A DNA stretch of 64,000 bases from Octopus sinensis (Eukaryota), in NCBI RefSeq assembly GCF_006345805.1, contig NC_042997.1, forward strand, positions 153,822,001 to 153,886,000, in the 5' to 3' direction. The position numbers and the translations under genes were made by a program. Each line of letters starts with the position of its first letter. Position 1 is the first letter of the stretch. Below the pieces are notes generated by a model that saw only the letters and a program-made list of their open reading frames with translations, had not been told where the DNA came from and made no database searches. Positions 13,331-25,339 of the stretch are shown in pieces.

Positions 13331-13388
13331 TATTATCATCACTGACATTATTATTTTCGTTTTTTTACTATTTGTCATTGTTATTATT

Positions 13389-13580
13389 GAGTGAGAGAGC
13401 AGTTCATGCCATCAAAGTGACACTGGGGTAAAATATACGAAGCCCAATATACCCATCATGACTACCCGTCTGATAAGGGTACACCAGGCACATGCATCAC
13501 AACCATATGTGCGCGACATGGTGATCTCATATCAAGATAAACAGCACATGACCTTGCAGGTGGGGCCCAGTTAGAAATTT
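13389..13580 (-). mobile_element. (AAT)n-tailed retroposon end (family C)
   Basis: Ends ...GTGTCACTTTGATGGCATGAACTGCTCTCTCACTC(AAT)n; homologous copies at 14167-14207 (+) and 48672-48905 (-). Confidence 0.75.
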
Positions 13581-14108
13581 CTTATTAATATTATTATTAT
13601 TGTTATTATTATCATTGTTGTTGTTGTTATTATTATTATTATCATTGTTGTTGTTGTTGTTGTTATTATTGTTATTGTTGTTATCATCATCATCGTTGTT
13701 GTTGTTATTATTATTGTTATTATTATTATTGTTGTTGTTGTTATTATTATTATTATTATTTTATTATTATCATTTCTATTTATTATTAAAAAGTATTATT
13801 AAATGTTTAGTTTCAACTTTTGTCTTGTACCTGAGATAATCATAATAGGTGAGGGTTGAAGGAAATAGTAAGAGGAAGAGAAGCAGCTTGGTGAATTGAC
13901 CAAATTCTACAGGTCTGTAAATACAATCGGCAGATGGTGAGGAGATCAGCAATAGGCATTCCTGTGCGGTAAGGAGACAAAAGCGGCCTCACACCCTTGG
14001 GGTCAGCAGAGGTCAAATGTGCTTACTACTACTAACGATCAATGACAGCGTCGATCTTGGCCTTGAAATGAACTTATTCACCTTGTTCTATTTTTAATTA
14101 CTGATACA

Positions 14109-14166
<58 letters not shown>

Positions 14167-14168
<2 letters not shown>

Positions 14169-14207
14169 CCCAGTGTCACTTTGATGGCATGCTCTGCTCG
14201 CTCACTC
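14167..14207 (+). mobile_element. family C 3'-terminal 40 bp inside an (AAT)n array
   Basis: Reverse-complement match to 13389-13430; flanked on both sides by AAT repeats. Confidence 0.7.
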
Positions 14208-14240
<33 letters not shown>

Positions 14241-14270
14241 TATAATAATAATAATTATAATAATAATAAT

Positions 14271-14574
14271 ACAAAGACCTGGAAATAGAGGTAACTAGAA
14301 TGTGGAATCTGAAAACAGAAACAATTCCTATCATAGTAGGTGCATTAGGCATGATAAAAATATTCAGACAAATACATAACAAAAACACCAGGACTTACAA
14401 ACACATATAACATACAGAAAATTGCACTACTGGGCACTGCACACATCCAACACAAAACACTTTCAATACAGTAACCATCAGAGCATCACAACAAATCACA
14501 GCACATACCCAAGGCACACAGAGCTGCGCTCGGTAGTGAAGTGAAATCACGTTATAAAAATGAAACTACTGAAT
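14271..14574 (+). pseudogene. R4/Dong LINE 3' end (REL C-terminus and 3' UTR) in (AAT)n
   Basis: KDLEIEVTRMWNLKTETIPIIVGALGMIK...IQKIALLGTAHI, then UTR and (AAT)n tail; 5'-truncated. Confidence 0.9.
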
Positions 14575-14575
14575 G

Positions 14576-14640
<65 letters not shown>

Positions 14641-15365
14641 TATCATTATTATCGTGTATTTTATTGTATTGTTTCAATAAAAGGTATGTTTACATACTCG
14701 AGTAGTCTGGGAGAAAAGAAGGATAAAATTTTCACTCAAAATTGTAGATAAATTTTAAAATTTTCTAGAGATATTCGTTAGTCTGTCCGATCGTTTGTGT
14801 GTTCGAAAACTGTAGATATGTAAGTTTCTTAACTTATTTTGAGGGAAATAAAAAATTCTGACAGGAAATTGTAGATATTCCAGTCTTGAAAGTTATTTTT
14901 CCGTTGTCCTGTTGGGTTATATTAGTGTTGCCGTGTCTTCAGCCGCTGACTGTTCAGAGCAGCGAGGAACACGTCCAGCCGCTGTCAAGACTGGCGCACT
15001 ATCTCCATGATTATTATTGTTGTTGTTGTTGTTGTTATTATTGTTGTTATAATGATGATGATGATGGCAGTTTCTAACTTTGTGTGAGGGGTCCAATCGG
15101 TTTAATCGATCGCACTAATTGACATACTTTTTTGTTCCAGGGGAGTAAGAGGCGAAGTCGACTCTGGTGTAACTTGATCTCAGAACGTAAGAGACGTACT
15201 CAAAATTTGTGCTGGCTTTGCCATCTCTCGCTCTAGTTATTGTTGTTGTTTTTTAATATGTGAACAAGGCTCCCAGCATTGCATACTACCTCAACGGCGG
15301 CCCATCTTAGGCACTACTCTCTCTTTTCATCTTTTCTTTATCTCATTTCCAAATAATTCTTCCCC

Positions 15366-15780
15366 GTAGGAGTGGCTGTGTGGTAAGTAGCTTGCTTACC
15401 AACCACATGGTTCCGGGTTCATTCCCACTGCGTGGCAACTTGGGTAAGTGTCTTCTACTATAGCCTCGGGCCGACCAAAGCCTTGTGAGTGGATTTGGTA
15501 GAGGGAAACTGAAAGAAGCCCGTCGTATATATGTATATATGTATATATATATATGTGTGTGCGTGTTTGTGTGTCTGTGTTTGTCCCCCCAACATCGCTT
15601 GACAACCGATGCTGTTGTGCTTACGTCCCCGTCACTTAGCGGTTCGGCAAAAGAGACCGATAGAATAAGTACTAGGCTTACAAAGAATAAGTCCTGGGAT
15701 CGATTTGCCCGACTAAAAGGTGGTGCTCCAGCATGGCCACAGTCAAATGACTGAAACAAGTAAAAGAGTAAAAGAGAGTA
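15366..15780 (+). mobile_element. SINE family A copy
   Basis: Family sequence with GTAAAAGAGTAAAAGAG tail. Confidence 0.92.
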
Positions 15781-16461
15781 ACTGTAACTTCCTAGAACTC
15801 CTTCCACAAGCACATTTTCCTGTATGGACTACGATCTCCAAATGCCCAAGCTGAACGCCAACCACATGGATCTCTCCAGTGTAGGGTAGTTTGCAAAGCT
15901 TTCCAGAGCTGAGAGATTTATATGGGTTATTGTTCTTTTAAATACTAATAAAAAAAAGCGTATATAAAACTATCCGTATTTCCCCAAATAGCCAAAATTC
16001 ACCGAATTACATTTCGGTATCCTGTTATTTATTATACCTAGCCTATTACAGTGCTAACAACCTCGAAGCACTTTTCTTCATTGTAAGCGACGTCGAAGAT
16101 TCTTTTCAAGAAAGTATGTAATTCGGTTCCGTCTGTCGTGCCAACAAATCCTCATTGAGCTTCCAGTAACTGGATTTTTTATGTTCTTTCGTGTCTAAAA
16201 GTTGTCATGAGACATGCTTTCAGGGTTCTCATTACATGTGATACAATCTCTACGTGATAACAAGGAAAAAAAAAGGTGGTGAGAGAAAGAAGCCAAATCC
16301 ATTTTACCGTATTTAAAAAAGAAAGGATACATTAGATAATGTAGTTCTTGCGAAGGGCATATTAAATTACGTAGGCCGGATGCCTATGGATAGAATGCCT
16401 TTGGCCACCGTTCTTCTCAACCACATTTGACCTGAGGCTAAACTGCAGCTGTAAAAACAAC

Positions 16462-16505
16462 TGCTACAGCTTCTGCTGCTGCTGCTGCTACTACTACTAC
16501 TACTG

Positions 16506-16602
<97 letters not shown>
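16462..16602. repeat. compound (CTG)n/(CTA)n microsatellite
   Basis: Directly visible; explains the poly-S ORF. Confidence 0.95.
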
Positions 16603-17360
16603 AGTCTAAATACTCTTGCACCAAAGAACTGTTTTTTTTTTAGAGAGAGAAATAGATCCCAAAATATACTGTGCTGAAAAAGAAAACACAATTTTTGTTT
16701 ATTAAACTTTTCGATAAAAAAACAGTTGCGATTTTAAAGATAAAATAACCTTTTCGTCATACGATATTATGCAATCAAATCGTTCACCAATGGGAGAACA
16801 CAGAAAATACCTATAAAGCTACCATATAGAACTCATAATGTTTTCATGTTGTGTTGTTACACTACAGGACCGGAATATCGAGTGAAATCAGTACAGTTGA
16901 TGCTCCTGATTATTTTGAAGTATTATTGACACACAAACTGTCGGCTTTCAGCGAATCAAGTCGATCATCCGGTTACGAATTTTGTTTTTAATAAGTTAGT
17001 CAATATAAAACGTGGGAATACGCACGTCCTTTGTAGACCCACCCAAACTGTTTGATGTTACTGAATCTCAGTTTGAACATCTGCAGGGAAATATCTGCTG
17101 CAAACAAACTTGGTCTGAGGTTGAACCAGGAGATATGGACCGAAAGCTTGTTGGTGTTAAACCGGATAACGTGTTACGTCAACCGACCAATTTAGGACTA
17201 CCATTATCTTGTAGCCATAGAATTTAAGCGAACTTTCCCTACGGAGCTAATTACCGTTTTAAAACACGTGTTTCGGTGGCATGAGAGTAACCAGGAATTG
17301 CACCGATTAATGAGAGTGGAATGGAGTCTCAATGATAAAAATGATCTCATTGTAAATCGA

Positions 17361-17923
17361 AGAGAGGATAAAACAAGGACAGATAAATGGATTAAGTCGA
17401 TTACATCGACCCCAATGCGTAACTGGTACTTAATTTATCGGTCCCGAAAGGATGAAAAGCAAAGTCGACCTCGGCGGAATTTGAACTCAGAACATAAAGA
17501 CAGACGAAATACCCATTTCTTTACTACCTACAAGAGGCTAAACACAGAGGGGACAAACAAGGACAGACAAACGGATTAAGTCGATTACATCGACCCCAAT
17601 GCGTAACTGGTATCTTAATTTATCGACCCCGAAAGGATGAAAAGCGGAGTCGACCTCGGCGGAATTTGAACTCAGAACGTAAAGACAGGCGAAATACCTA
17701 TTTGTTTACTACCCACAAGGGGCTAAACACAGAGAGGACAAACAAAGATAGACAAACGGATTAAGTCGATTATATCGACCCCAGTGCGTAACTGGTACTT
17801 ATTTAATCGACCCCGAAAGGATGAAAAGCAAAGTCGGTGGAATTTGAACTGAGAACGTAGCGGCAGACGAAATACCGCTAGGCATTTCGCCCGGCATGCT
17901 AACGTTTCTGCCAGCTCGCCGCC
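17361..17923 (-). mobile_element. SINE family B (Meta-like) head-to-tail trimer
   Basis: One full head GGCGGCGAGCTGGCAGAAACGTTAG plus B box GAGTTCAAATTCC. Body GTCGACTTTGCCTTTCATCCTTTCGGGGTCGATAAATTAAGTACC resembles the Meta/Sauria central domain. Junctions at 17513/14 and 17698/99. Confidence 0.88.
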
Positions 17924-18036
17924 ATCTGATTTTCAATGATTCGTCTTGACGTAAATCAAGCTTTTACAAGGACGGCAGACGGTGAATATAGTCGATTCGA
18001 TCAACGATAATGCATCAGTGTTGTTATATATATATA

Positions 18037-18431
18037 CTAGCAGTATCGCCCGGCGTTGCTCGGGTTTGTAAGGGAAATAATTATATAAGCATTTTTAGAG
18101 ATGTAAAGTATAATAGCCATCTCAATATGGCTAACCACAAAGGGGGAGGGGTGTTACTGTAGCTTTTTACGTTCTGAGATTTAATAATAAATTTTAGAGT
18201 GTTACTTCCCTTATATATGTCAAAAATGGATTAAAAATGGGAAAAATTGATGGTAAATTTTTTTTAAAATCGTAGAATCATCGTAGACGCGCGCTAATAC
18301 CCAGACGGTCTCGATATGAATCACGACTATAAGATACCCGGTTTTGGTTAAACTGCACCGCAAAATGTGGGTATAGTTAGGAATCTAAATCGTAGGAGAC
18401 AGACACACAACCTCACTTTTATATATAAAGA
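18037..18431 (-). mobile_element. non-autonomous Helitron (family H1, variant interior)
   Basis: Minus strand A|TC...CCCGAGCAACGCCGGG hairpin...CTAG|T; inserted in AT with no TSD. Confidence 0.88.
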
Positions 18432-18595
18432 TTTCCTCTATTTACATAATATTGAGGTCTCTTTCTTTCTTTTGTTATCTTACTGTTTTTACCAATATAC
18501 ATATATATATATATAAATATATATATATATAGTTACAGAGATGTACTTGCATAGCAAGTGACTTGATCTGAGATCGTGTGCTGGAACGAAAACAG

Positions 18596-18854
18596 TTGCA
18601 GCGTTGAAGGTGTTTATAAGCCATTTAAGAAACACACAAAAACCGTTAGATTCACTTCAACATTTAAATTAAATTTGTCAAAATATTTTCGTCGCTTTGA
18701 GACCGCGACCTGTTAGCACGATATTTTTGTCAGTGAACAGGTCGCGGTCTCAAAGCGACGAAAATATTTTGGCAAATTAAATTTAAATGTTGAAGTGAAT
18801 GTAACGGTTTTTGTGTGTTTCTTAAATGGCTTACAAACACCTTCCACGCTGCAA
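18596..18854. repeat. palindromic element, 119-bp arms
   Basis: Arms 18596-18714 and 18736-18854 (5 mismatches seen), 21-bp spacer; (TA)n tracts lie at about 18500-18530 and immediately to the right. Confidence 0.9.
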
Positions 18855-18872
18855 TATATATATACACACATA

Positions 18873-18908
<36 letters not shown>

Positions 18909-19164
18909 TGTGTGTATATGTGTATGCATGTATGTGTGTGTGTGCGTGTCTGTGCTTGTGATTGTCCTCCACCACTGCTTGACAACGAATGTTGGTTTGT
19001 TTACATCCCTGTCACCTAGTGGTTTGACAAAGGAAACAGATAGAATAAGTACAATGCTTACAAAAATAAAACTGGAGTTGATTCATTAAACTACAATTCT
19101 TCAAGGCATTGCCCCAGCATGGCTACAGAGCAATGGCTGGAAAAAGCAGAAGAATAAAAGAATT

Positions 19165-19352
19165 GAGGGGGACCTCTACATGGTAGCTAGACCTGGTAGA
19201 AATAGCAGCAAAATTTCCCCCAAATCACACCTTACTGTCTTATCTATGTATATATGTATGTATGAGCCTATGAGGGAGACCCCTACATGGCAGCTAGACA
19301 TGGTAGAAATAGCAGCCAAATCTCCCTCAAATCACACCTTACTGTCTTATCT
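19165..19352 (+). repeat. two tandem copies of an unclassified interspersed repeat
   Basis: GACC(T/C)CTACATGG(T/C)AGCTAGAC..GGTAGAAATAGCAGC.AAAT.TCCC.CAAATCACACCTTACTGTCTTATCT occurs twice; related pieces near 55100-55150 and 60940-61010. Confidence 0.65.
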
Positions 19353-19849
19353 TTCTGCTACTTGGATATAGGTGTTATATTCGTCTAAAAAAACTTTCCT
19401 GTCACACACTCACGCACACGCACACACACACACACACGCACCGTCACACACACACACACGCGCACACACACACACTCACACACACGCACGTTAGCTTACA
19501 ATTTTATTTATATATTTGCGTGTGTATGTGTGGAAAGAAGAAGTGGGAGCAGAGTGAAAGAATCACTCACTACAGTAAGTGAATTAGTATCATTTTATTC
19601 GTTGCCCACTGTGTGTGTGCGTTTGCGTGTGGTGTAAACCAGACTAAGAAAAGCATTTGACACACACACCAGAATGTGAGTTTTCTGTAAATTTTGCTTA
19701 ATTGGAGTTTAAATTTAAAAAACTGGACCTGGCATGACGCGATGCATTGTACTCTCAAAACTACTAGGTAAATTGTAATTGAAGAAATCCTATATTGTAG
19801 ATTTGTATAACTCCCAAAGGGAGGCAGATAAAATCTGCCTTTTATAATA

Positions 19850-19928
<79 letters not shown>

Positions 19929-20520
19929 ATTGATGCTGCGTACGATATACTCTACAGAAGAGATTTGTATTTAGAACAGTCAGACAGTCATAGTACTTAA
20001 ACTAAGCGAAGTCTGTGTTCAAGCTCACTACCGTTTGTATTAATTTCCCCACTGCCCAACACAATAAAAATAGTAAATACTATTGCGTATTTGCTATAAA
20101 AAGTCAATTGTGATACATATTAACTTAATAAGCTTGATGTTAATATAAATGTATGTGTATAATTTAAGTGCATATGATATATTTATTTGTGTCAGTAAAT
20201 GTACTTAGTGACACATGTGGCGGTAGCATTCTCTTCTCACTGACTCAGCGGAAATCGTCTATTATATGAAAGAAGTCTCAACATCCCACGTGTTAACGAA
20301 CTTGTGATTATATATATATATATATATTGTTCTATCTTGTTTTCAGTCTTTAGATTGCGGTCATGCCTTGAAGTATTTTAGTCGAACGAACCGATCCCAG
20401 AACTTGTTATTTTTTAAAAACCTATTCTATCGGATCCTTTCGCCGAGACGCTTTCTTACAGGGACGTAAATATATAAACACCGGCTGTCAAGCGGTGGTG
20501 GAGGCAAACACAGACACAAA

Positions 20521-20566
<46 letters not shown>

Positions 20567-20686
20567 TAGCATACACACATAGAGGTATGCAATTATGTGC
20601 TTTAACTACAGCATTAGAGCTTTTTAGCTCTTATTTCCAGCAGTGTAGGTGTTCTAACATCCTAGTCATATTTAGTGACACACACA

Positions 20687-20762
<76 letters not shown>

Positions 20763-20869
20763 CTCACAGAAGTATGTATATCCCTAAAAAGAAATTTCAG
20801 TAAAATTACCATTACTCTGATAATATCGAAGGAAACCAAACGAAATTTATACTGAATAAAATATATTAT

Positions 20870-21775
20870 ACATGCAAACATACGAATTTGGAACACAAAA
20901 CAATAAACATTTTCAAAAACATGAACGAAATATTAATTTTCGAACGATACAAAAATATGTACACCCTAAAGGATTATTTGCTATATTCATTATTTGGTGC
21001 GACCGCCCTTGCTTCAATGACTGCATTAAGTCTTCTAGGCATAGAGTCGACTAAATTTCCGCATATAACCGATGAAATCGACTTCCATTCATCCTGGATT
21101 ATGTCTTTCAACTGTGTTACATTGCGGGTATTTTTCCCCTCAAACTTCTTTTTCAAAACATCCCAGGGATGTTCTATTAGGTTTAAATCAGGTGACATGG
21201 TAGACCAAGGTAATACCGTTACCTTTTTATCTGATAAGAACTTAGTCGCCATCTTTGAAGTGTGTTTAGGGTCATTATCATGTTGGAACATGGAATGTCT
21301 TCCAAGTTCCTTGATGCTTTTCAACATTGTTTTCTGCCTTGGGTCCATTGTTCTCTCAATATATGTGAATCCAAAGGCGGTGAGCTGGCAGTAACGTTAG
21401 CACGCCGGGCGAAATGCCTAACGATATTTCGCCTGTCTTTACGTTCTGAGTTCAAATTCCGCCAAGGACGACTTTGCATTTCATCTTTTCGGGTTGAATA
21501 AATTAAGTACCAGTTGCGTACTGGAGTCGATCTAAACGACTAGCCCTCTTCCCACCAAAAAGTCCCGGGCCTTGTGCCTAGAGTAGAAAAGAATAAATGA
21601 GCCCTCCCACACCATCCGTACTCATGCATCCCCAATGCATAACACTTCCGCCGCCGGTAGGCACAGTGTATTTGTCGCTATTATCTTCACCTGGTTGTCG
21701 CCATATTCGTTTAATATCATCTGACCCAAACAAGTCGATTTTAGTCTCGTCAGAAAAACGAATTTTATTCCAAAA
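20870..21775 (-). pseudogene. Tc1 (DD34E) transposase remnant, interrupted by a SINE
   Basis: FWNKIRFSDETKIDLFG...GGGSVMHWGCM (21600-21770); FQHDNDPKHT...SPDLNLIEH with 34 residues between D and E. Confidence 0.92.
21376..21595 (+). mobile_element. SINE family B copy inside Tc1
   Basis: GGCGGTGAGCTGGCAG head, B box GAGTTCAAATTCC, alternative tail GGCCTTGTGCCTAGAGTAG. Confidence 0.88.
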
Positions 21776-21879
21776 CTCCTTCCTCTTACTTAGGTTTCAG
21801 CAAAAGAAAGGCGACTTGTTTGCGACTGGTAGTAAGGAAAGGCTGGTAGTGAGAAGTTTGAACCAGTGTGTTCTTCCAT

Positions 21880-22010
21880 GAAGCAATCTCGAGTATAACC
21901 AGCCGAAATTGCAAAGATAATCTGGAACTTGACTGAGGAAAGAAAACACCGAGTGACCCGTCCTTGTTTTCTTTGTATCGTCTGTCTGGATCTTTAGCGT
22001 TCTTGTCCCA
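21880..22010. mobile_element. microsatellite-anchored repeat (family P1, probably Penelope-derived)
   Basis: Ends ...CTTGACTGAGGA...GTCCTTG...GCGTTCTTGT(C/T)CCA and adjoins (TATG)/(TA)n; homologous ends at about 29941-30130 and 37640-37850. No PLE ORF seen. Confidence 0.5.
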
Positions 22011-22086
22011 TGTATGTATGTATGTATGTATGTATGTATGTATGTATGTATGTATGTATGTATGTATGTATGTATGTATGTATGTG

Positions 22087-22164
<78 letters not shown>

Positions 22165-22177
22165 CATGCATATATGG

Positions 22178-22998
22178 GTACAGGACGTCACCAACGGTGC
22201 GAATAACATGAAATACGTAAACAAAGAGAAAAATGGAAAACAGGACAAGTTAATACAGAGAAAGCCCCTTCATCAGTTGTCGGCTGTCTATCTACTCCTC
22301 ATTTCGTGCATTCAACGACAATACGACTCTTCAAAGACAGTTGCTACCATGAATTCTAAAATAAAATTTAGGATTTATGGGGTGTGGTGGTCAAAGTTAG
22401 GAACAAAAAAATGACAGTGGAGACATACAAGGAGATCGAAGGAAAACAAACATAGAGGGTCATTAGACCAAAACGAGAGGAAAATAGTGAACGCTGGGAG
22501 AAACATTCTTTTTTAAAAAGAGAACAGATAGAAAAGAGGGAGAAGAAAACATGTCCGTTCGTTAAAACGCCCGTGCAGGAAAAGAAAGATGGTAACGTGA
22601 GGAAAAGAAAGGTGGATGATGGTCACGTGTGAGCAACGTGAGAGAGAAAAAGAGAAAGAGGGGAGAGAGAGGCAGATAGAAAACGGTGAAGGAGGGACGG
22701 GGAGGAAAAGGGAATTAGAGAAGGATGGTGGAAGAAAATAGTATAGAGTAGAGAGTGGCATCAAAAAGGTGAAGATAAACTTACTTGGAAATGGATGTGT
22801 CGCGTTCAATTAAATAATAAATAATAAATAATATATATATGTGTGTGTGTGTGCGTTAGACAACTGATGAAGGGTCTTTCTCTGTGTTAACTTGTCCTGT
22901 CTTCCATTTTTTTTTCGTTGTTTACGTAATTTACTCGTTTTCTCCTCGGTTGTTTACGTATTTCATGTTATTTGCACCGTTGGTGACGTCCTGTCCCG
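22178..22998. mobile_element. element with about 100-bp inverted ends (family P2, probably Penelope-derived)
   Basis: 22181-22281 is the reverse complement of 22858-22995, which carries an extra internal duplication of about 35 bp; GA-rich interior; CTGATGA motif in the repeat. Confidence 0.55.
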
Positions 22999-23304
22999 AT
23001 ATATTTTCAATCACAAACAACAGAGCCATTACTCCTTCGTTAGAAACACAACCTATAGCAGCGGACATTTTGAAAAATATGGAAAAAAGAAAATTCAAAA
23101 TACTCCCTTTCTTCAAATTGTGGACAGAAAACGAACGTTTTCGTAAGGTTCAAGCAAGAATGTTTTATTCGAAAATATCAGCCAAAACTGAACGAAAAAT
23201 TAATACCACAACCGCTAGAACTATCATCTCAACAATCCACAGAAAGATACTAACCAAACGCTGCCTGAATAAGGAAAAGAATATATGAATTGAACTGAAT
23301 TGAA

Positions 23305-23560
23305 CTAGTTTCAGTTCACGAACTGTGACCATGCTAGGGCGTCACCATTTGATTTTACGACATACACAATTTTTACTTCGCTAAAAATGTTTTCTTAGAA
23401 CTCGACATTCGATGCATGAGAGAATCTGACACCGTTGCCTTCTCTTGCACTTCTTGCTGTGAAGTTAAATTCATCTGGGACCCTTGAGAGTAAGGGATCG
23501 AATCCTGTTTTTTGATGTCACTTATATCCACCTGATATGAGTATGAACTCTTTTTTTTTT
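23305..23560 (-). mobile_element. probable LINE 3' end sharing the SINE A tail
   Basis: Ends GGTGACGCCCTAGCATGGTCACAGTTCGTGAACTGAAACTAG plus TTCAA-type repeats; homologous to 24410-24600. Confidence 0.55.
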
Positions 23561-23581
23561 GCGTTATCTTATGTATGCATA

Positions 23582-23996
23582 CTCTTTACTCTCTTTTACT
23601 CTTTACCTTGTTTCAGTCATTTGACTGCGGCCATGCTGGAGCACCACCTTTAATCGAGCAACTCGACCCCGGGACTTATCCTTTTGTAAGCCCAGTACTT
23701 ATTCTATCGGTCTCTTTTGCCGAACCGCTAAGTAACAGGGACATAAACACACCAGCATCGGTTGTCAAGCAACGCTAGGGGGACAAACACAGACACACAA
23801 ACACACACACGCATATATATATATACATATATACGACGGGCTTCTTTCAGTTTCCGTCTACCAAATCCACTCACAAGGCTTTGGTCGGGTCGAGGCTATA
23901 GTAGAAGACACTTGCCCAAGGTGCCACGCAGTGGGACTGAACCCGGAACCATGTGGTTGGTAAGCAAGCTACTTACCACATGGCCTCTCCTGCGCC
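23582..23996 (-). mobile_element. SINE family A copy
   Basis: Family sequence; TATGCAT duplicated at 23574-23580 and 23997-24003. Confidence 0.93.
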
Positions 23997-24409
23997 TATG
24001 CATGTGCATATATGTGTGGAAATATCTATAGGTGTGTGTATATATGTATATATATGTGTGTGCAGGTAAAATATAAGGATATAAGTTTGTATGCGTGTAT
24101 GTGTGAACACATGCTTGTGTATACATATATGTACGTGTGAGTATATATATGTAAATATGTGTGTATGGGTGTGTGTATATATATGTGCGTAAATATGTGC
24201 GTGTACGTGTGGATATTTATGTATTTGTATACACATGTCCCCATGTGCATGTATGTGAGCGCGTGTGTGTGTGTGTGGGGTGGCTGGGTGTATGTGCGAA
24301 TGTATGTTTACATATGTGTGTGTACTCAGATGCAGGTGTCTAAGTGTGTGGGTGTGAATGTATGTATGCACGCGTGGGTAGATGTGTGGATGTATGTGTA
24401 TGATTGATT

Positions 24410-24600
24410 GATTGATTGATTCTAGTTTCAGCTCATGAGCTGTGGCCATGCTGGGGCACCGCCATTTGGTGTTGCTACATGGTTTTACTTCACGAAAGCT
24501 TTTTAGCAACTGCCATTTGGTGCATGAGAGAGTTCGATGCAGCTGCCCTCATCTGCACCTCCTGCCGTGAAGTTGGTTCATCTGGGACACCCGACAGTGG
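24410..24600 (-). mobile_element. probable LINE 3' end sharing the SINE A tail
   Basis: Ends GGCGGTGCCCCAGCATGGCCACAGCTCATGAGCTGAAACTAG plus (AATC)n. Confidence 0.55.
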
Positions 24601-25100
24601 GATGTATGTATGTGTATGTGATTAATAAGGACACACCATATCAACTGTGTGAAAAATTAATAAAATGGCCTCAAATCATTTGTCATCATTTGACAACACT
24701 TTTGACCACTCCTAGAAATATTCCATTTCTTTATTCCTGATAGAGTAATCTCTTCTCACTACCCTTTTCAACTACTTTTTGTCTTCTTACCTTCCACCTT
24801 TTTTCTGTTTTTTTCCTTTTTCTTCTTTCTTCTGCTATTCTTCTTCTACTTTTTTTTATTCTTTTAATATTTTTTTATATTAGTTTTAATATTCTTTATT
24901 TTTTTTTCTATCTTTTGTTTTCTATTTTTTATTTGTATACTTGTAAGAAAATTTTTTTCGCTATATAAAGAACCTTCTAAATCACTGAAATTTCAGTTAT
25001 ATCTATTAGGCAGAGGTACGTAAAGAATACGTTTTCGGCGTAACAAAAATAACCTTAATCCTAACCCTAAACACCGGGTGTATGTATTCTTTACTTTCGC

Positions 25101-25167
<67 letters not shown>

Positions 25168-25247
25168 GTATACATACACAATTTACTAAATAAAACATAT
25201 GCATACATACATATGTGTACATACCTACATCTATATGTATATATACA

Positions 25248-25336
<89 letters not shown>

Positions 25337-25339
25337 CTA

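Noticed and set aside
17361-17923. CRISPR-like array or tRNA gene cluster
   Set aside because: Units are long diverged SINE bodies without unique spacers, and the tRNA-like heads do not form complete cloverleaves.
25050-25076. TAACCCTAA as interstitial telomeric sequence
   Set aside because: Only one to two units; common in AT-rich transposon ends and by chance.
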